From Acidobacteriota bacterium (GTDB lineage: Bacteria > Acidobacteriota > Terriglobia > Bryobacterales > Bryobacteraceae): DNA of 64,000 nucleotides. The notes beneath the pieces were generated by a model. It did not search any database. It was not told the origin of the DNA and saw nothing but the letters and a program-made list of their open reading frames with translations. The translations under genes were made by a program, and so were the position numbers. Location of the stretch: contig JAFLBB010000007.1 of the NCBI GenBank assembly GCA_017304135.1, positions 7,404 to 71,403 of the forward strand, given 5' to 3'. Positions 33,431 to 41,697 of the stretch are shown here, piece by piece; position 1 is the stretch's first letter; every line of letters begins with the position of its first letter.

Positions 33431-33838
33431 TCAGAGTCCGGCGGCGCGCAGGTGTTTCTGTGTGTCAATGTAATGGCGAAAGCGGGTAGCCTTGCCCTGC
33501 TCATCAAAGGTCCACAGGTGCATCTCTTCGTCGTGGACATGCGTACCGTTGGGGAGTTCGACGTGGAGGCGGATTTCCGAGGCCACCTGGTTACCGCCGG
33601 CCAGCAGGTTGAGCACCTCGAAGACGTGGAACTTCAGCGGCGCCAGTGCCTGGAAAAAACCCGGCACCTCGGCCACACCGTGGCGTGGAAGCAGGTAGGC
33701 GAGGCCGGCCTGCTGGGCGCTATGGTCCACATTCCAACTCTCCCAGGCGACATTAGGATGCAGGTGGGTCAGGATGGCGGGAATGTCGCCACTGCCGAAG
33801 GCGGCAGAGATCTGTTGGACGATGTCCTTGTGGTTCAT
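33431..33838 (-). CDS. SnoaL-like/NTF2-like (ketosteroid-isomerase fold) protein
   Basis: MNHKDIVQQISAAFGSGDIPAILTHLHPNVAWES… start at ATG 33838 with GAGGAG Shine-Dalgarno. Size and pattern fit SnoaL/DUF4440-like proteins. Confidence 0.55.
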   Translation of the reverse strand: MNHKDIVQQISAAFGSGDIPAILTHLHPNVAWESWNVDHSAQQAGLAYLLPRHGVAEVPGFFQALAPLKFHVFEVLNLLAGGNQVASEIRLHVELPNGTHVHDEEMHLWTFDEQGKATRFRHYIDTQKHLRAAGL

Positions 33839-33916
33839 AGTGAGTCTCCTCTCGCGGCGGATAGTATGTCCGAGGAACATACGAAGACGAGCGGAGACTC
33901 GGATTTCGCCCGCCCG

Positions 33917-35332
33917 CTATTTCTTCCCGAGTCCGTCACCCGGCTTAGGCGGCGGGAACGGGTAGGTATCGGGGACCACTTTGACGCCTGTGGTGAACTT
34001 ATGCGGATACTTCATCCCGGAATCGTAGGTAAGCTCAACAAAGTAAGCCGTGTAACCGGAAGCAGGCTTGGGCGCCGAGGCGACGTACTTATCTTTGACC
34101 GGCGTGAGCGGGGAGGACTGCCAGCAGTTCTTGGTCGTCGTCAGCCGGAAGTCGCGCGCATTGGGGTTGGTGCACTGCCACAGCAGTACCTCCTTTGGCG
34201 AACCTGCCGGGCCTGAGAAGTTGGTCACCTCGATGGCGCCGTTCTTCTTGATCTGGAATTTGAAGTCGGGCCGCGGGCGGTTGCCGGCAATGGAGGCGAG
34301 GAAGGCGGTGAGCGTTTGGGGGACGTCGGAGGGACTCAGGTTGTGGCGCGTGTTGGGAACGTAGCGAAGGTGCTTTTCGCCGGAGAGCTGGTCGAAGTAA
34401 AACTGCGAGCTATCGGGCAGGAAGAAGTCATCACCCGAGGCGTTGATGATGAGCTTGGGCATCGTGAGGCGGTCACGGTATTCGAACGGCTCGACGATCT
34501 TCATGAGGTTCTTGTATTGCGAGGTGCCCATCCAATCCATGATGCGATTGTCGGTGTAGTCCTGAATGGCCGGAGCCCAGAAGCCATAGGCGCGCCAATG
34601 GTGGACGAAGCTGGGGACGATGTTCAGCAGGTCGATCACCAGAGGCGCGATGGCGACTACACGCTTGTCGACGGCGGCGGTGGTCCAGGTGGTCCAGCCG
34701 CGCTTGGAGGCGCCGGAGACGGCGAACTTGTCCACGGTGAGCGCGCCACCCTCGGGCGTTTTTGAGAAGGCGGTGATCGCATCCATGGCGCGGACGGCGG
34801 CCTTGGTCATCGGCAGGCGGGCAGGCCAGCGCTCATCGCCCGTGCGAAGGTACTTGTCCCAGGTGTAGGCGATCAGGGCGTCTTCGGTGCGGTTCCGTGC
34901 GGCCGGGTCGTCCAGGAACCGCAGGGTCTGGTTGGGGACGTTGCGAAGTTCGCCCACCACCATGCCGGTTTCATTGGCGATGGAGAGTAGCATGGCGTCG
35001 GGCCGCTCCGGCGCCGGGCGGCCGTTGGCGCTGCCGGTGATGAACAGCAGCCCGGTGGTGGTCTTCACGTTCTTGGGGCGGATGACGGTGAGCCAGTGCT
35101 TCCACAGAGGGCGGTCCACTTCGGCGGCGGTGAGCCAGGTTTGCGAGGCCATGTCGAGCACGGCGACCTGCGCGCCGCTGACCTCCTTCTTTGACGCGAC
35201 CTCCCATTTGTAGGCGGGGTCGGGCGTTGCGACGTAGCGGTCCAGCGCGGTCTTCGCGGAGGCGGCGTGGAGGGGACGAGGGGCCGCAAGCAGCGTGAGC
35301 GCGGCGAGGCAGGAAAGAAGAATTGAGCGCAT
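33917..35332 (-). CDS. secreted PhoPQ-activated pathogenicity-related (PqaA-type) hydrolase-like protein
   Basis: Signal peptide MRSILLSCLAALTLLAAPRPLHAA. 471 aa with GASKRGWTTW nucleophile-elbow-like segment. Call is from memory only. Confidence 0.45.
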   Translation of the reverse strand: MRSILLSCLAALTLLAAPRPLHAASAKTALDRYVATPDPAYKWEVASKKEVSGAQVAVLDMASQTWLTAAEVDRPLWKHWLTVIRPKNVKTTTGLLFITGSANGRPAPERPDAMLLSIANETGMVVGELRNVPNQTLRFLDDPAARNRTEDALIAYTWDKYLRTGDERWPARLPMTKAAVRAMDAITAFSKTPEGGALTVDKFAVSGASKRGWTTWTTAAVDKRVVAIAPLVIDLLNIVPSFVHHWRAYGFWAPAIQDYTDNRIMDWMGTSQYKNLMKIVEPFEYRDRLTMPKLIINASGDDFFLPDSSQFYFDQLSGEKHLRYVPNTRHNLSPSDVPQTLTAFLASIAGNRPRPDFKFQIKKNGAIEVTNFSGPAGSPKEVLLWQCTNPNARDFRLTTTKNCWQSSPLTPVKDKYVASAPKPASGYTAYFVELTYDSGMKYPHKFTTGVKVVPDTYPFPPPKPGDGLGKK

Positions 35333-35410
35333 GCAGTGACCATTATGCCTGGAGGCGCGCCCGTGGCGGAGGCATGACGCGACAAAACGGGAAGATAACC
35401 GTTGCGAGGG

Positions 35411-35431
35411 TTGTCAATACTTTATTGACAA
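35411..35431. promoter_or_regulatory. perfect palindrome TTGTCAATA-CTT-TATTGACAA in a divergent promoter region
   Basis: 9-bp arms are exact reverse complements. Each arm contains a TTGACA -35-like hexamer. Followed by an A-rich tract; lies between the divergent PqaA-like and PEP-CTERM genes. Confidence 0.4.
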
Positions 35432-35552
35432 GAAAAAAGTACTGGGACTCTCAATCCGCCTGTGGTACGTGACTCTTCCACAAGTAGAGGTTTGAATAAA
35501 ACAGTGAGCATTCTCGGAAGGGGAGTGCCGCCCAAATCGGAGGAGATTAGAA

Positions 35553-36194
35553 ATGAAAAAGTGGATGGTATTGCTGCCCCTGGCCGCGATGTGCGCGCAC
35601 GGGGCAATTATCGGAGTGAGCGGCCCCAACAGCACTCCTGGACAGGGGGTAACGGCCTGCCCGTCTACAGCAGCGTCTATCATCGCCGCGCCGGGGTCGG
35701 TCGTCGACGATGCTCCGGGCGCGACGAACTGTGCCCAGCAGGGCTTTGACGAAAAGCAGGGTGTCCTGCTAGCGGCGAACCTGAACACGGACGCGCCGGG
35801 CGCAAGCAACATTCTGGCGGGAACCTTGGTCAACAGCCACATGATCTTCCTGAACACCAATGGCAACGTGAATGTCCTGCACGACGGCGTGGTCTGGGAG
35901 TTTGATGGCCTCATCCTCGGCGTGATGTCGAACCAAAGCGGCACACTTGAGGCGAATTCCAGTGCTGCGTTGGGTGCCGCGGGCACGACGTATCCGGCCG
36001 CGTTTGGCAGCCGCGGGCTGGAATCACGCGACAGCTATTCGATCAACGGCCGCTTCCTGACAGTCAACATGCAGGTGACCGAACCGGGAGACTGGATTCG
36101 CGTGGTCACATCACCCGTTCCCGAACCCGGCACCTACGCGCTTATGGGCGCTGGCCTCATGGCGCTGGGCTTCCTGCGCCGCAGGAAGGCGTAA
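35553..36194 (+). CDS. PEP-CTERM sorting-domain secreted protein
   Basis: Signal peptide MKKWMVLLPLAAMCAHGA. C-terminal VPEPGTYALMGAGLMALGFLRRRKA. GGAGGAG Shine-Dalgarno upstream. Confidence 0.7.
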   Translation: MKKWMVLLPLAAMCAHGAIIGVSGPNSTPGQGVTACPSTAASIIAAPGSVVDDAPGATNCAQQGFDEKQGVLLAANLNTDAPGASNILAGTLVNSHMIFLNTNGNVNVLHDGVVWEFDGLILGVMSNQSGTLEANSSAALGAAGTTYPAAFGSRGLESRDSYSINGRFLTVNMQVTEPGDWIRVVTSPVPEPGTYALMGAGLMALGFLRRRKA

Positions 36195-36230
36195 GCGAAC
36201 CAACGAACTGAGAATCACGGCGCACCGGGC

Positions 36231-36264
36231 TTCGGCCTGGTGCGCTTTTTTTTGGCGGTAACTG
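36231..36264 (+). terminator. rho-independent terminator
   Basis: gcgcaccgggc-TTCG-gcctggtgcgc stem-loop (one mismatch) followed by TTTTTTTT. Confidence 0.7.
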
Positions 36265-36369
36265 GGTCATCGCCCTGGCTCCCTGACTTCCGCACAGTCC
36301 TCACCACTCCACCCGCGGTATCCTGTGCCCAGCCGGTGGCCACGAACGGTAAACCGGGGAGGTAAGTTC

Positions 36370-38421
36370 ATGCGACTCATGTTGGCGCTGCTGCTGGCGG
36401 CGGCGAGCCTTTCGGCCAAGCGTCCGATCACACACGAAGATGTCTGGACGATGAAGCGAGTCGGCGTCCCGGTCGTAAGTCCCGACGGCCGCTGGGTTGT
36501 GGTGGGAGTTACCGAGCCCAGCTACGACGCGGCGAAGAACACTTCGGATTTGTGGATCGTCCCCTACGACGGCAGTGCGCCAGCCCGACGGTTGACGCAG
36601 AACAAGGGCGGCGAAGGCGACCCAGTGTTCTCTCCTGACTCGCGCACTCTCGCGTTTTCGGCCAAGCGCGAAGGCGATGAGACGGCGCAGATCTACCTGC
36701 TGCCGCTCGATGGCGGCGAGGCACGCCGCCTGACCAGCCTTTCCACCGGAGCTGCTTCACCCAAGTGGCGGCCGGACGGCAAAGCGATTCTCTTCCAGAG
36801 CAGTGTCTATCCTGGCGCCGCCGACGACGAAGCCAACCGCAAGGCGGCCGAAGAACGCAAAGCCCGCAAGTACAACGTGCGGACCTATGACAGCTTCCCC
36901 TTCCGCCACTGGGACCGCTGGCTCACCGATCAACGGCCGCACATCTTTGTGCAAGAGCTGGCCGGAGGCGCGGCGCGCGACCTGCTGGCCGGAACGAAGT
37001 TCATCACCCAGCCCGGCTTCAGCGGCCTCATCGGACCCGGCGGCGAGGATCTGCAACCGGTTTGGTCGCCCGACGGCCGCGAAATCGTCTTCACGGCAGT
37101 CACGGCGCAGGATCGCTCGGTGCGCGAGCGTGTACCTTCGCACCTTTACCGCATCCCCGCCACCGGCGGCGAACCTGTGGCCATTACCTCAGGTGGGGAT
37201 CGCTATTCCGACCCGCAATTCCGGCCCGACGGCAAGGCGCTCTACGCATCGCAGGAGCGTGGCGAGCCGCTGTACAGCCTGACGCGGCTGGCCCGGCTCG
37301 ATTGGCCGCCGGCGGCCGCCGCGGCGCCGAAGCTCATCACGGGATCATGGGACCGCTCCGTGACCAACGTCACCTTTTCCGCCGACAGCCGCACGGCCTA
37401 CATCACGGCCGAGGACGAAGGGCTGGGCAAGATCTTCCAGGTGAATGCCGACGGCGGCACGGTGAGCGTGCTCTCGAAAGCCACCGAGGGCATGTATGGC
37501 GGCGTAGTGTCAGCCAGCGGGCGTGCCGCCCTGGCGGCGCGCTGGGGCGCAATGACGAAGCCCGACAATGTGGCCGCCATCGGGCCCGACGGCCAGCACC
37601 GCTTGCTCACCGACTTCCACAGCGCGCAAACCGCCGACCTCGACTGGGCGCCGCCCAAACACTTCTGGTTCACCGCCAAGAACGGCAAACGCATCCACAG
37701 CCTCGTCATTCTGCCGCCGGGCTTCGACGCCTCGCGCAAGTATCCCGTCGTCATCTTCCCGCACGGAGGCCCGCACAACATGACGGGCGACCAGTTCTTC
37801 TTCCGCTGGAACTACCATCTGCTCACCACGCCTGGCTACGTGCTGCTGATGACCAACTACACCGGCTCCACCGGCTTCGGCGAGAAGTTCGCCGCCGACA
37901 TTCACTCCGACATTCTGCGCGGCCCGGCCGGTGAAATCGAAGAAGCCATCGATGCGGCAGTGAAGGAATTTCCCTTCCTCGACGCCACGCGACAGGCGGC
38001 TGCCGGGGCAAGCTATGGCGGCTACCTGATGAACTGGTTCGAGGGCAACACCAAACGCTTCCGCTGCCTGGTGAACCACGCCGGACTCACCGACAACGCC
38101 ACCATGTGGGGCTCCACCGACGGCGCCTACTATTGGGAACTGCGCAACGGCGGGCCCGTGTGGGAAGGCGGCGGGGCATGGCGCGACCAGAGCCCGGCCA
38201 CCTATGCCGGCAAGTTCTCCACGCCCATGCTGGTGACGCACGGCGAGCGCGACTACCGCGTGCCGGTGAGCCAGGGCTATGAGATCTACAAGCTGCTGCA
38301 GCGCCGCGAGGTGCCGTCGCGGCTGGTCATCTTCCCCGATGAGAACCACTGGGTGCTCAGCGGCGAAAACGCGCGCGTGCACATGAAGGAAGTGCTCGAC
38401 TGGCTGAAGAAATACCTGTAG
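36370..38421 (+). CDS. S9 family serine peptidase (acylaminoacyl-peptidase/prolyl oligopeptidase type) with N-terminal beta-propeller
   Basis: Signal peptide [16 protein letters not shown]. TolB-like propeller repeats ([29 protein letters not shown]). Catalytic GASYGGY nucleophile elbow, plus downstream Asp and His. Confidence 0.85.
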   Translation: MRLMLALLLAAASLSAKRPITHEDVWTMKRVGVPVVSPDGRWVVVGVTEPSYDAAKNTSDLWIVPYDGSAPARRLTQNKGGEGDPVFSPDSRTLAFSAKREGDETAQIYLLPLDGGEARRLTSLSTGAASPKWRPDGKAILFQSSVYPGAADDEANRKAAEERKARKYNVRTYDSFPFRHWDRWLTDQRPHIFVQELAGGAARDLLAGTKFITQPGFSGLIGPGGEDLQPVWSPDGREIVFTAVTAQDRSVRERVPSHLYRIPATGGEPVAITSGGDRYSDPQFRPDGKALYASQERGEPLYSLTRLARLDWPPAAAAAPKLITGSWDRSVTNVTFSADSRTAYITAEDEGLGKIFQVNADGGTVSVLSKATEGMYGGVVSASGRAALAARWGAMTKPDNVAAIGPDGQHRLLTDFHSAQTADLDWAPPKHFWFTAKNGKRIHSLVILPPGFDASRKYPVVIFPHGGPHNMTGDQFFFRWNYHLLTTPGYVLLMTNYTGSTGFGEKFAADIHSDILRGPAGEIEEAIDAAVKEFPFLDATRQAAAGASYGGYLMNWFEGNTKRFRCLVNHAGLTDNATMWGSTDGAYYWELRNGGPVWEGGGAWRDQSPATYAGKFSTPMLVTHGERDYRVPVSQGYEIYKLLQRREVPSRLVIFPDENHWVLSGENARVHMKEVLDWLKKYL

Positions 38422-38464
38422 CGGGCTGACACGCGGGCTCGCCGCACCGTATCCTGGACGGACG

Positions 38465-39847
38465 ATGCGTTGGCCTCTCTGTCTTCCACTCGCGCTTCTG
38501 CCGCTGTCCGTGATGGCGCAGGACTGGCCCCGGTTTCGCGGTCCCAACGGCTCCGGCGTGCTCGACACGCCTGGTTTGCCCGTTGAGTTCGGACCGGTGA
38601 AAAACCTGGCCTGGAAAGCAGCCGTGCCCTATGGGCAGTCCTCCCCCATTGTCGCCGGCGGGCGCGTCTTCCTCACTGCCAGTGAAGGCGACAAGCTGAT
38701 CACGCTCGCCTTCGACGCCGCCACGGGACGCGAAGCCTGGCGGCGCGAGGTGACGCGTGCACATTCGCACAAGACGTATAAGGCGAACGATCCCGCCTCG
38801 CCCACGCCCGCCGCCGATGCCCGCAACGTCTACGCCTTCTTCCCCGACTTCGGCCTCATCGCCTATTCGCACGACGGCAAGGAACTGTGGCGCCAACCGT
38901 TGGGTCCGTTTGAGAACTTTTATGGCATGTCGTCGTCGCCCATCGTCGCCAGCGGTATGGTCGTGTTGCTCTGCGATCAGGCCAAGGGATCGTATCTGCT
39001 GGCGCTGGACGCGGCGACGGGCAAGCAGCGTTGGAAACGCGAGCGGCCGCAGGCCAACATCGGCTGGGGTGTGCCGATCGTGGCCGGCGACCAGTTGATC
39101 GCCGTGGGTTCGACACGCGTCGACTCCTACCATCTGGCCACCGGCGAGCCGCGCTGGTGGACGCCTGTGGCTTCTCAGGGGTCGATGGGAACCCCGGTGG
39201 CGCAGGGCGAGACGCTGTTTGTGACCACGCTCGGCAACGACGAACCGATGCTGCCGTCGTTTGAGTCCACCGTGGCGCAGTATGACCAGGACAAGGATGG
39301 GCGCCTCTCCGTGCAGGAGTTCGCCAAGGACAAGGACCTCGGCGAGCACTTCGGCTGGGTCGACACAAACAAGGACAACCAGATCGAAGCGGCCGAATGG
39401 AACCTGGCGCGCAGCTACGGCATGGGCGAGCACGGGGCGATGGCGATCCCGCTCAACGGCCGCGGGCGCGTGGAAAGCACGGCCTTCCGCTGGCGCTTCC
39501 GCCGCAACGTGCCCTATGTGCCTTCGCCGGTGCTCTACCAGGGCGTGTTCTACATGGCGAAGTCCGGCGGCATCGTGACGACGCTCGATCCGGCGACAGG
39601 CGCCCTGCGCAAACAGGGCCGTGCCAGTAGCGCGCCGGGCGATTACTACGCCTCTCCCGTGGCCGGCGACGGCAAGGTCTACCTCGTAAGCCAGGAGGGC
39701 AAGGTGAGTGTGCTCAAAGCGGGCGCCGAGTGGGAGGTGCTGGCCGTGAACGATCTGGGCGATGAGTGCTCGGCCACGCCCGCGCTGAGTAACGGGCGGC
39801 TGTTTGTGCGCACGCGCGGGTGGTTGTGGGGGTTCCAGCAGCGCTAA
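38465..39847 (+). CDS. secreted PQQ-like beta-propeller repeat protein with an inserted EF-hand pair
   Basis: Signal peptide. Repeated W-x-…-SSP/TP-V propeller motifs. Two canonical EF-hand loops: [12 protein letters not shown] and [12 protein letters not shown]. Confidence 0.65.
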   Translation: MRWPLCLPLALLPLSVMAQDWPRFRGPNGSGVLDTPGLPVEFGPVKNLAWKAAVPYGQSSPIVAGGRVFLTASEGDKLITLAFDAATGREAWRREVTRAHSHKTYKANDPASPTPAADARNVYAFFPDFGLIAYSHDGKELWRQPLGPFENFYGMSSSPIVASGMVVLLCDQAKGSYLLALDAATGKQRWKRERPQANIGWGVPIVAGDQLIAVGSTRVDSYHLATGEPRWWTPVASQGSMGTPVAQGETLFVTTLGNDEPMLPSFESTVAQYDQDKDGRLSVQEFAKDKDLGEHFGWVDTNKDNQIEAAEWNLARSYGMGEHGAMAIPLNGRGRVESTAFRWRFRRNVPYVPSPVLYQGVFYMAKSGGIVTTLDPATGALRKQGRASSAPGDYYASPVAGDGKVYLVSQEGKVSVLKAGAEWEVLAVNDLGDECSATPALSNGRLFVRTRGWLWGFQQR

Positions 39848-39865
39848 CCGCGCGGCATATGGCGT

Positions 39866-40150
39866 TTACCCGCTCCGTGCAAGACGGTCATACTCTGCGT
39901 GCGTACCGATCCAGACCCACGTTACGGTGTCATCGCTCAGTCGTCCCAGTGCGCGGTGGTGATCGCCAACTCGAATAGTGAACTGGTCTGTCGTGCCCTG
40001 AAGTCGCCGGAAACGAAGCGAGGGATGGAGGTGATTTCGCCTCCAGAGACGGTAATTCTTGATCGCCAGTTCCTGAACAGGTTCCGGCAGCGCGCGAAAC
40101 AGTAGCCAGAATCGCCGCGTAGCGGCCGATCTCATGGCCGCGCGGGCCAC
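39866..40150 (-). CDS. type II toxin-antitoxin system RelE/ParE family toxin
   Basis: About 90 aa and basic. C-terminal FTIRVGDHHRALGRLSDDTVTWVWIGTHAEYDRL matches the RelE/ParE 'YRiiY…vl.ighRkdvY' pattern. Start overlaps the upstream antitoxin gene. Confidence 0.55.
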   Translation of the reverse strand: MARAAMRSAATRRFWLLFRALPEPVQELAIKNYRLWRRNHLHPSLRFRRLQGTTDQFTIRVGDHHRALGRLSDDTVTWVWIGTHAEYDRLARSG

Positions 40151-40344
40151 TCCTTGAGCAGACCTGCGCGCGATTCGGCTTCCGCCTCGGCGAATAGAGC
40201 ATCCAGTTTCCCGGCGGCGGCATCCTTGTCCATCTGCCGGTCCCAGAGTTCCTGGTCACGCTCGCGCACCCATTCGGCAAGGCTGCGGAATTCCTCGGGT
40301 GTGAGACTGTCAATCGCCTGTTCGATTTGCTCGACACGGCTCAT
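40132..40344 (-). CDS. putative antitoxin / addiction-module component
   Basis: MSRVEQIEQAIDSLTPEEFRSLAEWV…, about 70 aa and acidic. Shaped like TIGR02574-type addiction-module antitoxins; overlaps the toxin start. Confidence 0.45.
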   Translation of the reverse strand: MSRVEQIEQAIDSLTPEEFRSLAEWVRERDQELWDRQMDKDAAAGKLDALFAEAEAESRAGLLKEWPARP

Positions 40345-40603
40345 GAGAGCAGTGTACCACCGCCATATCCACCCCACGCCGCGCCCTCCTTACGCGGAGT
40401 GTAGTGATCTACGCTCTCTCTCGGAGGGGCCGAAGCCTCCCCTTCGGCACGGCCCGCGGCCTGCCGCCTGTAGGGCTGGCCACTGCCCAGTCGCTGCCGG
40501 TGTGGTCACCGTTCCAGTACACGGATCTGACTTCGAAAATGGGACCTTGCGCTCCGCATTCGAAATCGCCACAATGATGGATTATTCAGCAGGAAATAGC
40601 ATC

Positions 40604-41110
40604 ATGCTTGGCCATCCATCATACTGGCTCGCCTGCACCGTATTGGTGCAAGCGGTAAGCGCTCAACCCGTCACACCACAAATCAAGACGATCGCAAACG
40701 CCGCAAGCTATGCGGACAGTGTTTCGTCCGGGTCGCTTGTGACCCTCACTGGCCAGAACTTGGCCGCCGCGACCTGCCTTGCCCAGGACGGCCTGTTCCC
40801 CGACGACCTCTGCGGTGTTCAGGTCGAGGTGAACGGCGGGCGGATTCCGCTGCTGTTTGTAAGTTCAGGCCAAATCAATGCTGCCCTGCCCTATGTAACC
40901 GGTCCGGCGCGCCTGAAGGTGGTGAACAACGGCGCTGCGAGCGCGGAGTTCAACACCGAGATCAAACCGGCGGCGCCGGGAATCTTCTTCCAATCGAACC
41001 TCTACGCCGCGGCGTTGCTGGGCGACTACTCGATCCTGCAACCGACATACACGGCCCGCACAAACGGTGCAAAGAGCATCCTCCAGCTCTACGAGCTTGT
41101 TGAAAAATGA
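40604..41110 (+). CDS. secreted Ig-like (TIGR03437-like, Solibacter-type) domain protein, probably a gene fragment
   Basis: Signal peptide MLGHPSYWLACTVLVQAVSA. IKTIANAASYADS…GSLVTLTGQNL…VNGGRIPLLFVSSGQINAALPY pattern recalls the TIGR03437 Ig-like repeat. The ORF ends inside an inverted-repeat element. Confidence 0.4.
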   Translation: MLGHPSYWLACTVLVQAVSAQPVTPQIKTIANAASYADSVSSGSLVTLTGQNLAAATCLAQDGLFPDDLCGVQVEVNGGRIPLLFVSSGQINAALPYVTGPARLKVVNNGAASAEFNTEIKPAAPGIFFQSNLYAAALLGDYSILQPTYTARTNGAKSILQLYELVEK

Positions 41111-41252
41111 TTCTCTGATGTTAGGAGGTGGAATCTGCCTGAAGAACTTCGCACAGAATTGACCTACAACGCGTCGAATCGAACGCGGCAGGCATTTGCT
41201 ATCCCCTGATCAGAGATCATTCTGCGGCGTGTTCGAGTTTTTCAACAAGCTC
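41093..41252. repeat. imperfect inverted repeat (~27/44-bp arms, ~90-bp spacer) forming a large hairpin or MITE-like element
   Basis: Left arm gagcttgttgaaaaa+tgattctctgat (41093-41119). Right arm atcagagatcat+17 nt+tttttcaacaagctc (41209-41252). The 15-bp outer segments are exact reverse complements. Confidence 0.5.
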
Positions 41253-41552
41253 CTAGCCGCGGTGCTTCAACCAACGCTCGCACACGAACTTGGACACGCC
41301 TTGGGCCGCGGACCAACTGGTGCGCACTCGATCTCTGACAAGCACGTTATGTACAGATTCGTTGATGCAGGTCCGAGGGCCACCTCCGCATTCGAGGGCG
41401 CGCATGATCGCTTGATCTATGGCCTCCCATATGGCTACAATCTGTCGAATACGTTTGAGGGAGCAAGTGCGCCTGCGCTGAAAACCGCTGCCGCACCGCA
41501 GATCAAGGCTGTGCAGCCGGATTACTCGCTTGCGCACGGACCCGTTCAGTAG
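41196..41552 (+). pseudogene. metzincin-like zinc-binding/Met-turn fragment (HELGHALGRGPTGAHS…HVMY), probably a remnant of a disrupted metalloprotease gene
   Basis: The ORF starts inside the right arm of the inverted repeat. It carries HExxH and a Met-turn like matrixin C-termini, but lacks any N-terminal catalytic-domain sequence. Confidence 0.3.
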
Positions 41553-41677
41553 AACTGTGCCAGCACGTTCGGGTCCTGTTGCGGCATGGCCTGGTGCAGG
41601 TTGCGCTCGGAACCGTTTCACAACTCCTGGGCAGCCGGGCACCGCCATATCGCCGCCTAACCATCCCTCCCCACGCA

Positions 41678-41697
41678 TAGTGTAATGATTTACACTA
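41678..41697. promoter_or_regulatory. perfect palindrome TAGTGTAA-TGAT-TTACACTA abutting the dnaE2 start codon
   Basis: 8-bp arms are exact reverse complements. Ends 1 nt before GTG 41698. Candidate operator. Confidence 0.4.

Noticed and set aside
41253-41678. 141-aa minus-strand ORF opposite the metzincin-fragment ORF
   Set aside because: Low-complexity Gly/Arg-rich translation antisense to an ORF with a recognisable motif; likely spurious.
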